A stretch of DNA of 64,000 bases, taken from contig CAYRUF010000005.1 in assembly GCA_964427375.1 (NCBI GenBank), forward strand, positions 69,286 to 133,285. Reading direction: 5' to 3'. Under the pieces are notes generated by a model. That model searched no databases. It saw only the letters and a program-made list of their open reading frames with translations, and was not told the origin of the DNA. Position numbers and translations under genes: made by a program. The DNA is from an uncultured Desulfatibacillum sp. (GTDB taxonomy: Bacteria; Desulfobacterota; Desulfobacteria; Desulfobacterales; SpSt-501). The number at the start of each line of letters is the position of its first letter. Position 1 is the stretch's first letter. Of the stretch, positions 26,716-36,235 are shown piece by piece.

Positions 26716-29078
26716 GCGGGCGGCTGCTCACCGGCACGGACCTCCTGATCAATTGGGCGCGCCAGTACAGCCTGTGGCCGATGTTCTTCGGCCTTTCGTG
26801 CTGCTTCGTGGAGGAGGCCGCCGTCTTCACCGCCCGCTACGACATGGCGCGCTTCGGCGCCGAGGTGCTGCGCCCGTCTCCGCGCCAGTCCGACCTGCTG
26901 ATCACCTCCGGCACCATCTTCAAAAAAATCGCGCCGGTCATCCTGCGGCTCTACGAGCAGATGCCCGAACCCAAGTGGGTGATTTCGATGGGCTCCTGCT
27001 CCAACTGCGGCGGCATGTACGACGCTTACAGCGTCGTGCAGGGCATCGACCAGATCCTGCCCGTGGACGTGTACATACCCGGCTGCCCGCCCCGGCCGGA
27101 GGCGGTTTTGCAGGGGCTGGTGCTGCTCCAGAAAAAAATCATGGGCGAGGAGCGGCCCGCGCGGCCGGTCTTCAACCTCAAGGGCGGCACGCAGGGAACG
27201 TGCCGGCCCGTGCTCATCGACGGCCGCACCAAGTCCCGGGACCCCCGCGGACCGGGCATGGAGGGCATCGCCATCCGAGGCACCTCCGACACGCCGCCGC
27301 ATTTCGCCGACAGCCGTTCGGATCTCATGTGGACGCCGCCGGCCCGCCGAATCGTTTTCAACGTCATTGAAAACGATCTGTCCCATTCGCTGGTCGAGCG
27401 TTTCGGCGGGGCCGTACGGCCCGAACCGCACCCCGCCGACATGCCGACCTTCGAAGTGGAGGCCGGCCGGCTCAAGTCGGTCCTGCAGCACCTCAAGTAC
27501 GAGGCGTCTCCCCGTTTCAAACGCCTGGAGGACCTGACCGCGGTCGATGAATCCACCCGACGCAACCGCGACGGCGCAGCGGACTACACGCTGCTCTACC
27601 ACCTGCTCGCCTTCGATCCCCCCACCCGGGTGCGCTTGAAAGTGCCGCTGCACGGGTCGGACCCCGCCGCCGCCAGCATCACGGACATCTGGCCATCGGC
27701 CGACTGGTACGAGCGCGAGGTCTACGACCTCATGGGCGTGCGCTTCGAGGGCCACCCGAATCTGCGCCGCATCATCATGCCGGACGATTGGGAGGGCCAC
27801 CCCCTGCGCAAATCCCACCCCGGACGAGCGACGGAGATGGCTCCCTACACGCGGGCGGACGCGCAGCGCCACCAGCCGGCGGATGCGGGCGTTTACGTCA
27901 AGGGGCCGGGCGACGAGCATCGCCTGATCCTCAACGTCGGTCCGCACCACGTGAGCACCCACGGCCTGATCCGCTATATCCTCACGCTGGACGGCGAAGA
28001 GATCATCGGGATGGATCTCGACATCGGCTACCACCACCGTGCGGTGGAAAAGATCGGCGAGCGGCAGAGCTGGCACCAGTTCATCCCCTACACGGACCGC
28101 GTCGACTACCTGGCGGGCGCCGCCAACAACCTGCCCTACGTCCGCGCCGTCGAAACCCTGGCCGGCATCAGGGTCCCGGAGCGGGCCCAGATGATCCGGG
28201 TGCTGCTGAGCGAGCTCTTCCGGCTCAGCAACCACCTCGTGTGGTTCTCGACCTACGCCCATGACGTCGGCGCCATGAGCCCGACGTTCTACGCCTTCCG
28301 CGAGCGCGAACGCGTGCTCGACATCGTAGAGCTGATCACCGGGGGCCGGCTGCATCCGTCCTGGTTCCGCATCGGCGGTGTGGCGGCCGACCTGCCGGAC
28401 GGTTGGAAGGAGGCCGTGAATCACCTCGTCAAAATTTTTCCCGGATGCCTGGACGATTACGAGAAGCTCACCCGCAAGAACCCCATTTTCAAGGCGCGCA
28501 CCCAGGGCGTCGGCCGGATATCGCTGGCGGACGCGATCGACTGGGGGGTCACCGGCCCGAACCTGCGGGCCTGCGGCCTGGAGTGGGATTTGCGCAAGAA
28601 GTTCCCATACTCGGGCTATGAAAACTTCGATTTCGAGGTGCCCACCGCCGTCGCCGGGGACTGCTATGCCCGCTACCTCGTGCGCATGGAGGAGATGCGC
28701 CAGAGCATTCGGATCATCGCCCAGGCGGCGGCGAACATGCCGGACGGCCGCACCGTGACCGACGATTACCGCTACGTGATCCCGAAGCGTACGGACATGC
28801 TGAAGGACATCGAGAGCCTGATCCACCATTTCGTCAACGTTACCCGCGGCATGAAGATCCCGGCCGGCGAAGCCTATGCGTCCTGCGAGATCCCGCGCGG
28901 CGAACAGGGCTACTACGTGGTGAGCGACGGCCTGGGCCATCCCTACCGCCTGCGCGTGCGCGGGCCGGGGTTTGCCAACGTGCAGGCGATGCCGATCCTG
29001 GCCCGGGGCGAGACCATCGCCGATCTGATCGCGATCATCGGGTCGGTGGACTACATCCTGCCGGACATCGACCGGTAA
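26688..29078 (+). CDS. nuoBCD: NADH-quinone oxidoreductase fused subunits B-C-D
   Basis: A single 800-aa frame. NuoB motifs are [17 protein letters not shown] and GCPPRPE. NuoC has [25 protein letters not shown]. NuoD has GPHHVSTHG and ends in DR. The start is either GTG 26688 (GGGGGG upstream) or GTG 26667, and it overlaps the nuoA 3' end. Confidence 0.9.
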   Translation: MGADAEKGISGRLLTGTDLLINWARQYSLWPMFFGLSCCFVEEAAVFTARYDMARFGAEVLRPSPRQSDLLITSGTIFKKIAPVILRLYEQMPEPKWVISMGSCSNCGGMYDAYSVVQGIDQILPVDVYIPGCPPRPEAVLQGLVLLQKKIMGEERPARPVFNLKGGTQGTCRPVLIDGRTKSRDPRGPGMEGIAIRGTSDTPPHFADSRSDLMWTPPARRIVFNVIENDLSHSLVERFGGAVRPEPHPADMPTFEVEAGRLKSVLQHLKYEASPRFKRLEDLTAVDESTRRNRDGAADYTLLYHLLAFDPPTRVRLKVPLHGSDPAAASITDIWPSADWYEREVYDLMGVRFEGHPNLRRIIMPDDWEGHPLRKSHPGRATEMAPYTRADAQRHQPADAGVYVKGPGDEHRLILNVGPHHVSTHGLIRYILTLDGEEIIGMDLDIGYHHRAVEKIGERQSWHQFIPYTDRVDYLAGAANNLPYVRAVETLAGIRVPERAQMIRVLLSELFRLSNHLVWFSTYAHDVGAMSPTFYAFRERERVLDIVELITGGRLHPSWFRIGGVAADLPDGWKEAVNHLVKIFPGCLDDYEKLTRKNPIFKARTQGVGRISLADAIDWGVTGPNLRACGLEWDLRKKFPYSGYENFDFEVPTAVAGDCYARYLVRMEEMRQSIRIIAQAAANMPDGRTVTDDYRYVIPKRTDMLKDIESLIHHFVNVTRGMKIPAGEAYASCEIPRGEQGYYVVSDGLGHPYRLRVRGPGFANVQAMPILARGETIADLIAIIGSVDYILPDIDR

Positions 29079-29090
29079 CGTGATGGTTGC

Positions 29091-29140
29091 GTGGGAGAGG
29101 CCTCCGGCCTCGATGATCGCGGCTGGAAGCCGCTCCCACA
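29091..29140. repeat. REP-like compound palindromic element (copy 1)
   Basis: GTGGGAGAGGCCTCCGGCCTCGATGATCGCGGCTGGAAGCCGCTCCCACA has outer arms GTGGGAG/CTCCCAC enclosing two small hairpins. Related copies are at 31249-31285 and 51072-51119. Confidence 0.7.
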
Positions 29141-29239
29141 GAGACAGCAGGGATTCGCGCGCCTTGATCTCGGCCTTTGATCGAAGCCATCGGGTGCCTG
29201 TTTTTATTGACTTCAAGTTTTTAATCGCTCAATGAGGCT

Positions 29240-29731
29240 ATGCTACCCCAGGAACTGAAAGATCGTCTCGAGGCCGAAATCAAGCAGGTCGAGCATCCGC
29301 GGGAGCTGGCGGTGGACGTGATGTTCGCCGTTCAGGACCACTACGGCTACCTGAGCGACGAGGCCCTGGCCGAGGCCGCGGCGATGCTCGGCATGACGCC
29401 GCTGGAGCTCGACGAGTTGGCCACCTTTTATACTTTCACTTTTCGAGAGCCGGTAGGCCAATACGTGATCCACGTCTGCGACAGCGTGGTCTGCTGGATG
29501 AACGGCTACGAGTCGGTGCGGGACTACCTCTGCCGCAAGCTGGGCATCGCCCTGGGGGAGACCACCCCCGACGGGTTGTTTACCCTGCTGCCGGTCTGCT
29601 GCATCGGCTACTGCGACCGTTCGCCGGCCATGCTGGTCAACCGCCGGGTGCACGGCGAACTGACGCCGGAGAAGATCGACGCGATTATCGAGACGTGTCG
29701 GCAAAAAGGCGGGGGAAGGACCCCCCCGTAA
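29240..29731 (+). CDS. nuoE: NADH-quinone oxidoreductase subunit E
   Basis: 163 aa with 2Fe-2S Cys motifs (HVCDSVVCWMNG ... CCIGYCDRSP). Confidence 0.9.
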   Translation: MLPQELKDRLEAEIKQVEHPRELAVDVMFAVQDHYGYLSDEALAEAAAMLGMTPLELDELATFYTFTFREPVGQYVIHVCDSVVCWMNGYESVRDYLCRKLGIALGETTPDGLFTLLPVCCIGYCDRSPAMLVNRRVHGELTPEKIDAIIETCRQKGGGRTPP

Positions 29732-29750
29732 TTGATGGGTGAGCAACCAA

Positions 29751-29840
29751 CGATACTGGCTGCTCGATACGGGATACGGGATGAAAGAGGGGCCATTTCG
29801 CATATTTTATCCAGCATCCAGTATCCAGTATCCCGCATCG
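29751..29840. repeat. Inverted arrays of heptamer repeats (GATACNG units) in the nuoE-nuoF spacer
   Basis: The left arm is CGATACTGGCTGCTCGATACGGGATACGGGAT (29751-29782). The right arm is ATCCAGCATCCAGTATCCAGTATCCCGCATCG (29809-29840). The arms match at 24 of 32 positions as reverse complements (counted by eye), and each is built from about 4.5 tandem 7-mers. Confidence 0.7.
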
Positions 29841-29909
29841 CGTTTCGAATACGACGAATGAAGGAACAAAGGCCAAACTGCCGTTGCAGGCGGACAGCTG
29901 CGAGAGTAA

Positions 29910-31226
29910 ATGTACCCCCAGGTCTTGTTTAAAAACCGACACCCCGACCGGATCGCCACCTTCGAGGAATACCGGGCCGGCGGCGGCTACCAGGCGCTGG
30001 CCGATGCGATCGCCCGCCGAACGCCGGCGGCGGTGCGCGAGATCGTGCTGGATGCGGCCCTGCTGGGGCGCGGCGGGGCGGCCTTTCCGGCCGGCCGCAA
30101 GATGATGACCATCGCAGAGGATGCGCCTCACCCGCGCTATATCGTCTGCAACGCCGATGAGATGGAGCCCGGCACGTTCAAGGACCGCGTCCTGATCCAC
30201 GCCGACCCCCATCTGCTCATCGAGGGCATCATCCTCGCCGCTTGGTCGGTCCAAGCGGACCGCGGCATCGTCTTCATCCGGCCGGAGTACGAAAACGCCG
30301 CCCGCATCCTGGAGCGCGAAATCGCCGTCGCCAGAGAGCACGGTTGCCTTGGAAGCCATATCCTGGGCACGGGGTACTCCTTTGAAATCGTCGTGCACCG
30401 CAGCGCCGGCCGCTACATCTGCGGAGAGGTAACGGCCCAGATCAATGCCCTGATGGGCAGGCGCGCCAACCCGAAGCAGCCGCCGCCCTATCTGACGCAG
30501 CAGGGCCTGTGGGCCCAACCGACCTTGGTCCACAACGTCGAAACCTTTGCCTGCCTGCCGCACATCGTCCGAAACGGAGCCGAGTGGTTCAAGGGGCTCG
30601 CGAAAACAGCCGCCGGCGCCGGAACCAAGATTTTCGGCGTCAGCGGCAAGGTGAAGCGGCCGGGGTGCTATGAGCTGCCCATCGGCATCCGCCTGAGCGA
30701 AATCATCGAAAACTGCGCGGGCGGCATGCTCGACGGCTCGGAGTTCAAGGCCTGCCTGCCCGGCGGGGCCTCCACCGGTTTCCTGCCGCGGCAGCACTAC
30801 CACATCGAGATGGACTTCGACGCCCTGAAAAAGGTCGGCAACCGCCTGGGCACCGGCGCCATCATGGTGTTCGACCACCAAACCTGCCTGGTGGCGGCCG
30901 CCCTGAACCTGATGGAATTCTTCGCCCGCGAGTCGTGCGGCTGGTGCACGCCGTGCCGGGAGGGGCTGCCTTACATCCGCGATCTGCTGGCGCGCATCGA
31001 GTCCGGCGACGGCGAGCCGGACTTCATCCCCATGCTGGAGGAGATGAAGGTGCACCTCTACCGATCCTATTGCGCGTTCGCACCCGGGGCCGCCGCGCCG
31101 CTGGAAAGCCTGCTCGCGCATTTCAAGGACGAGCTTCAAGAGCATATCCGGGAGAAGCGATGCCCCTTTAAAAAAGGGCCGGGACGAGGAGCCGCCGAGC
31201 TGGCCAAGCCCCGGTTCATCGCTTGA
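29910..31226 (+). CDS. nuoF: NADH-quinone oxidoreductase subunit F
   Basis: 438 aa with GRGGAAFPAGRK, CNADEMEPGTFKDR and ESCGWCTPCREG. Confidence 0.92.
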   Translation: MYPQVLFKNRHPDRIATFEEYRAGGGYQALADAIARRTPAAVREIVLDAALLGRGGAAFPAGRKMMTIAEDAPHPRYIVCNADEMEPGTFKDRVLIHADPHLLIEGIILAAWSVQADRGIVFIRPEYENAARILEREIAVAREHGCLGSHILGTGYSFEIVVHRSAGRYICGEVTAQINALMGRRANPKQPPPYLTQQGLWAQPTLVHNVETFACLPHIVRNGAEWFKGLAKTAAGAGTKIFGVSGKVKRPGCYELPIGIRLSEIIENCAGGMLDGSEFKACLPGGASTGFLPRQHYHIEMDFDALKKVGNRLGTGAIMVFDHQTCLVAAALNLMEFFARESCGWCTPCREGLPYIRDLLARIESGDGEPDFIPMLEEMKVHLYRSYCAFAPGAAAPLESLLAHFKDELQEHIREKRCPFKKGPGRGAAELAKPRFIA

Positions 31227-31248
31227 CCCTGATGAATGTGAGTTTTTT

Positions 31249-31285
31249 GTGGGAGTGGGAGCGGCATCTGGCCGCGATGATCGGT
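31249..31285. repeat. REP-like element, half copy in opposite orientation (copy 2)
   Basis: TGTGGGAGTGGGAGCGGCATCTGGCCGCGATGATCGG resembles the reverse complement of the right half of copy 1. It ends 2 nt before the nuoG start codon. Confidence 0.6.
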
Positions 31286-31287
31286 TT

Positions 31288-33735
31288 ATGCCGAAACTGA
31301 CTATAGACGACCGCGAGATCGAAGTCCCCGCCGGCACCAAGGTGATCGAAGCAGCCGCAAGGCTGGGGATCATGATCCCGCGCTTCTGCTACCACCCGGC
31401 GCTGGGGTCGGTTGGCGCCTGCCGGGTCTGCGCCGTGAAGGTTTTGGAGGGACCGGCCAAAGGCATCCAGATGAGCTGCATGCTCGATGTCGCTGACGGC
31501 ATGCAGGTGGCCACCGCGGATCGCGAGGCCGTCGAATTCCGCCGCTATGTCATCGAATGGCTGATGCTGAACCACCCCCATGACTGCCCGGTGTGCGACG
31601 AGGGCGGCCACTGCCTGCTTCAGGACATGACGATCTCCGGGGGCCACGGCATCCGCCGCTTCCCGGGCAAAAAGCGGACCTACCTCGACCAGGACCTGGG
31701 GCCGCTCGTGCAGCACGAAATGAACCGCTGCATCCACTGCTACCGCTGTGTGCGCTTCTATCAGCAGTTCTGCGGCTACCGCGACCTCGGTGCGCTCGGC
31801 ATCGGCAACCGCACCTATTTCGGCCGGACGTCCGGCGGCCGGCTGGAGAGCCCGTTCAGCGGAAACCTGAGCGACATCTGCCCGACGGGCGTCTTCACCG
31901 ACAAGCCCTCGCGGTTCATCGGCCGCCGCTGGGACTACCAGCGCACCCCGACCGTTTGCATCCACTGCAGCCTCGGCTGTCATGCCGTAACGAGCGTCCG
32001 CTATCGGCAGGTGGTCCGGCAGGAAGCGCGCATGAGCGCAGCGGTCAACGGCTGGTTTCTCTGCGACCGCGGCCGCTTCGGGTTTTTTTACGCCAGTCGG
32101 GCCGACCGGCCGCGCCAGGCCGCGATCAAGGGCGAGACGGCCGGCATGGAGGAGGCGCTGGCGCATGCCCGCAGCCGGCTGGAGGCCCTGGCACCGGCCG
32201 GGGTGGCCGTCATCGGGTCCCCGCGCAGCACCCTCGAGGTGCTGGCGCTGACCGAACGGGCGGCCCGGCTCAGGGGTTGGCAGGGCCCGGCATTTTTCGC
32301 GGACGCCGCGGCGGCCCGCCCGGTGAAAGCGGCGGTCTCGCGGCTGGAAGCCGGGCTGGCCGTTTCAATGGGAGAAATCGATCAGGCGGATTTCATCCTC
32401 GTCGTCGGGGTGGATCCGGTCAACGAAGCACCGATGCTGGCCCTGGCCCTGCGCCAGGCCGCGCAGAAGGGCGCCGGAGTATGGGTCGTCGATCCCCGTC
32501 CGGTGTCCCTGCCGTTCGAATTCACCCATATCCCGACGGCGCCCAGGGCGCTCAATGCCCTGCTCGGACGGGTGTTGAAAAAGAGCGTCGAGCCGACCGG
32601 CCTGGATGGGCCGGCCGCGCAGTTCTATGCATCCCTGCCGGATCGCCCCGCTTCGGGCCCGGAGCGGGTGGCGCGCGCGGCGGAGCTAATGGCCGCCAGC
32701 CGCCGGCCGATCATCGTCTGCGGAACAGGCATCGTGGCATCCGAATGCGTGGAGCTGGCGGCGGACGCGGCTCTGCTGCTCACGGCCGCTCAAAAGAAGG
32801 CCGGGCTCTTTTACGTGCTGGCGGAGGCCAACGCGTTCGCTGCCGGCCGGCTGGCGCCGCTGGATTCGACGACCGACCGGATTCTGAAAGAGGCCGCCGC
32901 GGGGCACATCCAGGCGCTGGTTCTGGTGGAAAACGATCCGTTTGCCACATTTCCGGATCGAAGGCTGCTGGAGCGGGCTCTGGCCCGGATCGAACTTCTG
33001 ATCGTGCTCGATTACCTCGATACCCCCGTATCGCGGATGGCTCAAGTATTTCTGCCCACCCAGACCTTGTACGAATCGGGCGGGATTTACATCAACCAGG
33101 AAGGTCGTGTTCAATTCTCGGCGGCAGCCTTCGCCGGAGGAACTCCAATCTGGGAAACCGGAGGCCGCGACCACCCGCCGCGGGTCTACGGGTCGGGGCT
33201 GCCGGGAGCCGATCCTCAGCCGGCCGGGCGGCTCATGGCCCGGCTGGCCGGCGAGGACATTCCGGTCGACATCAGCGCTCAGCGCGAGTATTTCAACAAG
33301 CAGACATCGCAGTTATGGGCCGGGTTGCCGGATACCGGGCAACGGCCGCCGGACGGATTTCGGCTGCCCCTGGATAACCATTCGCCGGACCGCTTTAAGC
33401 CGGCTCAACCGCCGGCACCGGCGGCTGAGCCGGATGATCTGGAGATCATTCTGACCGAGCGGACATTCGGCACCGAGGAGCTATCGACCTATTCCGCCTG
33501 CCTCGAAACGTTGGAAGGTGAGCCGTCCGCCGGCTTATCGCGCCAAGATGCCGAGGCTCTCGGCATCCGCGACGGCGACCGCATCGCCATCCGCACCGAA
33601 AATGGTGCCGTGGAGTTGGTTGCACGAGTTTGGCAGAGCATGGCCGCCGGGGTCGTGATCATTCCGCGCCTGCGGCGGATGCCCTGGCAAGAGATCGGAA
33701 AGAACATCCGCCGGCAGGATATTCGAAAGGCTTGA
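31288..33735 (+). CDS. nuoG: NADH-quinone oxidoreductase subunit G
   Basis: Start at ATG 31288 (MPKLTIDDREIEV). Motifs include CRVCAVKV, HPHDCPVCDEGGHCLLQD, CIHCYRCVRF and a MopB-like C-terminal part. Confidence 0.9.
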   Translation: MPKLTIDDREIEVPAGTKVIEAAARLGIMIPRFCYHPALGSVGACRVCAVKVLEGPAKGIQMSCMLDVADGMQVATADREAVEFRRYVIEWLMLNHPHDCPVCDEGGHCLLQDMTISGGHGIRRFPGKKRTYLDQDLGPLVQHEMNRCIHCYRCVRFYQQFCGYRDLGALGIGNRTYFGRTSGGRLESPFSGNLSDICPTGVFTDKPSRFIGRRWDYQRTPTVCIHCSLGCHAVTSVRYRQVVRQEARMSAAVNGWFLCDRGRFGFFYASRADRPRQAAIKGETAGMEEALAHARSRLEALAPAGVAVIGSPRSTLEVLALTERAARLRGWQGPAFFADAAAARPVKAAVSRLEAGLAVSMGEIDQADFILVVGVDPVNEAPMLALALRQAAQKGAGVWVVDPRPVSLPFEFTHIPTAPRALNALLGRVLKKSVEPTGLDGPAAQFYASLPDRPASGPERVARAAELMAASRRPIIVCGTGIVASECVELAADAALLLTAAQKKAGLFYVLAEANAFAAGRLAPLDSTTDRILKEAAAGHIQALVLVENDPFATFPDRRLLERALARIELLIVLDYLDTPVSRMAQVFLPTQTLYESGGIYINQEGRVQFSAAAFAGGTPIWETGGRDHPPRVYGSGLPGADPQPAGRLMARLAGEDIPVDISAQREYFNKQTSQLWAGLPDTGQRPPDGFRLPLDNHSPDRFKPAQPPAPAAEPDDLEIILTERTFGTEELSTYSACLETLEGEPSAGLSRQDAEALGIRDGDRIAIRTENGAVELVARVWQSMAAGVVIIPRLRRMPWQEIGKNIRRQDIRKA

Positions 33736-34736
33736 TGGTCGATATGGATCTGCAGACCTGGATCATCGGATACGCGGTTCTGATCCTCAAGCTGGGGGCG
33801 GTGCTGCTTTTCCTGCTGCTCATGGCCGCCTATCTGGTATTGGTCGAACGCAAGCTGCTCGGCCGGATCCAGGTGCGCTACGGGCCGAACCGTGCCGGCA
33901 AGTACGGCCTGCTGCAGCCCTTCGCCGACTCGATCAAGATGATGGCCAAGGAGGACGTCGTTCCGGACGCGGCCGACCGGATCATTTTCCTGCTTTCCCC
34001 GGCCGTGGTGGCCATCACGGCCCTGCTGATGTTTGCGGTGATCCCCTTCGGCCCGGACATCACCGTTTACGGACGGCGGGTGCCGCTCGTGGTAACCGAC
34101 ATCAATGTCGGCCTGCTTTTCATTTTCGCCCTGTCCTCGCTCGGCGTCTACGGCGCGGCCCTGGGCGGCTGGTCCTCCAATTCCAAGTACAGCCTCCTGG
34201 GCGGCATCCGCGGGGCGGCCCAGATGGTCAGCTACGAGCTGGCGCTGGGGTTGTCCCTCATTCCCATCGTGATGGAGGCCGGCTCGTTCAGCCTGGTGGA
34301 GATCGTCAACGCCCAGGCCGACCTGCCGTTTATTTTCCTGGAGCCGGTCGCCTTCGCGATCTTCTTCATCAGCGCCATGGCCGAGATCAAGCGGATTCCC
34401 TTTGATCTGCCCGAGGCTGAAAACGAGCTGGGCGCCGGCTTTCACACCGAGTACAGCGGCATGCGCTTCGGGCTGTTTTTTCTCGGCGAATACGTGCACA
34501 TGCAGGTGCTGGGCGGGTTGATCGCGGTGTTTTTTCTGGGGGGCTGGCGCGGGCCGCTCCTGCCGGGGCCGGTCTGGCTGGCGTTGAAGATCGTGCTGAT
34601 CTGTCTGGTCATGATCTGGATCCGCGGCACGCTGCCGCGCTTGCGTTACGACCAGCTCATGAACCTGGGCTGGAAAGTTCTGATCCCCGCGGCGCTGCTG
34701 AACGTGGTGTTCACCGGCGCGAGGTTGTTGTGGTGA
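33735..34736 (+). CDS. nuoH: NADH-quinone oxidoreductase subunit H
   Basis: Start at ATG 33735, overlapping the nuoG stop (TGATG). Motifs include [17 protein letters not shown] and PFDLPEAE. Confidence 0.9.
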   Translation: MVDMDLQTWIIGYAVLILKLGAVLLFLLLMAAYLVLVERKLLGRIQVRYGPNRAGKYGLLQPFADSIKMMAKEDVVPDAADRIIFLLSPAVVAITALLMFAVIPFGPDITVYGRRVPLVVTDINVGLLFIFALSSLGVYGAALGGWSSNSKYSLLGGIRGAAQMVSYELALGLSLIPIVMEAGSFSLVEIVNAQADLPFIFLEPVAFAIFFISAMAEIKRIPFDLPEAENELGAGFHTEYSGMRFGLFFLGEYVHMQVLGGLIAVFFLGGWRGPLLPGPVWLALKIVLICLVMIWIRGTLPRLRYDQLMNLGWKVLIPAALLNVVFTGARLLW

Positions 34737-35311
34737 TGCGTGTTGACCTGATCGATAAAGAAGCCTCCGGACCGCTCCAGGCGCTTTGGGAGGGCGCCAA
34801 AGCCATCGCCGCCGGATTTGCGACGACGCTGAAGCATCTCTTCCGCAGGCCCATCACGGAGGAATACCCCGAGTTCAAGCGCCGGCTGCCGGCCCGCACC
34901 CGGGCCCGCATCGTCCTGACGCGCGACCCGGACGGCGGCGAACGCTGCGTAGCCTGCTATCTGTGCTCAGCGGTCTGCCCGGTCAGCTGCATCTCGATGC
35001 AGTCGGCGGAGCACGAGGACGGGCGGCGCTTCGCGGCCTGGTTCCGGATCAACTTCGCGCGCTGCATCTACTGCGGCTTGTGCGAGGAGGCCTGCCCGAC
35101 CTCCGCCATCCAGCTGACGCCGATGTTCGAGACCTGCGAGCGCGACATCCTGAAACTGGTTTATGAAAAGGAAGATCTCCTCGTAAGCCACGGCGGCAAG
35201 GACCCGGAGTATAATTTCTACCGCCACGCCGGCATTGTGACGGCGGCAGCCGGCAAAGGCGAGCACATCGGCGAGGACCGACCGGTGAATGTCCGAAGCA
35301 ATATGCCTTAG
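34736..35311 (+). CDS. nuoI: NADH-quinone oxidoreductase subunit I
   Basis: It has 2x4Fe-4S motifs ([24 protein letters not shown]). ATG 34736 overlaps the nuoH stop, and GTG 34730 is an alternative start. Confidence 0.9.
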   Translation: MRVDLIDKEASGPLQALWEGAKAIAAGFATTLKHLFRRPITEEYPEFKRRLPARTRARIVLTRDPDGGERCVACYLCSAVCPVSCISMQSAEHEDGRRFAAWFRINFARCIYCGLCEEACPTSAIQLTPMFETCERDILKLVYEKEDLLVSHGGKDPEYNFYRHAGIVTAAAGKGEHIGEDRPVNVRSNMP

Positions 35312-35368
35312 GAGCGTGGACCCGTTTGCCCGTGCACCCGTGGACCCGGTGGAGATCATGTCCTTCTT

Positions 35369-35406
35369 CAACGGGCCAACGGGCCAACGGGCCAACGGGC
35401 CAACGG
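35369..35406. repeat. 8-bp tandem repeat (CAACGGGC x4 plus a partial unit) in the nuoI-nuoJ spacer
   Basis: Read directly: caacgggc caacgggc caacgggc caacgggc caacgg. It is preceded by a direct repeat of CGTGGACCCG (35315-35324 and 35339-35348). Confidence 0.85.
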
Positions 35407-35415
35407 ATACTATCC

Positions 35416-35925
35416 ATGACCCTCTTCAACTTGCTTTTCTTCGCCATCGCCGCCCTGATCGTGGCCTCCACGGCGCTCGCCATTACCCGGCGCAACCTGG
35501 TGCATGCCGTGATCTACCTGATCTTCGGGTTCTTCGGCAGCGCGTTTCTCTTTTATTTGTTCGGCTCCCCGTTCCTGGCCGCCCTAATGGTCATCGTGTA
35601 TGCGGGGGCCATTATGATTTTGTTTCTGTTCATCATCATGATGCTGCGGGTGGAGGCGCCGGAGGAGCGGCTGTTTCCGCCGCGGCAGATCCTACCGGCC
35701 GTTTTTTTTGCCGCGGCTTATGTCGCCATCGGCGGCCTGCTGTTGATCAACGACCCGTCTGCCGGCGCAGCGCTGGCCGAGGCCCGGACCGAGCCGGCAG
35801 CCTTCGGGCGGTATATTTTCACGCAGAGCTGGCTGGCCGTGGAGATTACCTCCCTGCTGCTGCTGGTGGCGATCATCGGGGCGCTGCTCGTCGGCAAGCG
35901 CCCGATCAAGGAGGACGAAGAGTAA
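35416..35925 (+). CDS. nuoJ: NADH-quinone oxidoreductase subunit J
   Basis: Start at ATG 35416 (MTLFNLLFFAIAALIV...). The longer track ORF would translate the tandem-repeat spacer. Confidence 0.88.
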   Translation: MTLFNLLFFAIAALIVASTALAITRRNLVHAVIYLIFGFFGSAFLFYLFGSPFLAALMVIVYAGAIMILFLFIIMMLRVEAPEERLFPPRQILPAVFFAAAYVAIGGLLLINDPSAGAALAEARTEPAAFGRYIFTQSWLAVEITSLLLLVAIIGALLVGKRPIKEDEE

Positions 35926-35928
35926 CTC

Positions 35929-36231
35929 ATGGGCATTCCCTTCGGATACGTGCTCGCCCTTTCCGGCATCGTGACGGTGCTGGGGATGGTCTGCGCCACC
36001 GCCCGGCGCAACCTGATCATGATGCTGCTGGGCGTCGAGGTCATGCTGAACGGCGCAGCCATCGCGTTCATCGCCGCGGCGCTGCGCTGGCAGCAGATCG
36101 AGGGCCAGGCCTTCGTGCTGTTCATTATCGCCATCGCCGCGGCCGAGGTGTCGCTGGGGCTGGCGTTGATCGTCTATCTTTACCATCGCACCGGGTCGCT
36201 GGACCCGGAGGACTACCGGGTGCTGAAGTAA
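35929..36231 (+). CDS. nuoK: NADH-quinone oxidoreductase subunit K
   Basis: 100 aa with three TM segments and the motifs LLGVEVMLNG and AAAEVSLGLA. Confidence 0.9.
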   Translation: MGIPFGYVLALSGIVTVLGMVCATARRNLIMMLLGVEVMLNGAAIAFIAAALRWQQIEGQAFVLFIIAIAAAEVSLGLALIVYLYHRTGSLDPEDYRVLK

Positions 36232-36235
36232 GGCT

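Noticed and set aside
26661-29216. 851-aa ORF on the minus strand, antisense to nuoBCD.
   Set aside because: It has no recognisable domains and a low-complexity Arg/Gly/Ala composition. The opposite strand encodes unmistakable NuoB/C/D motifs.
29751-35406. The short tandem or inverted repeats in the nuo spacers as a CRISPR array.
   Set aside because: The repeat units are only 7-8 bp with no unique spacers, and there are no cas genes in the window.
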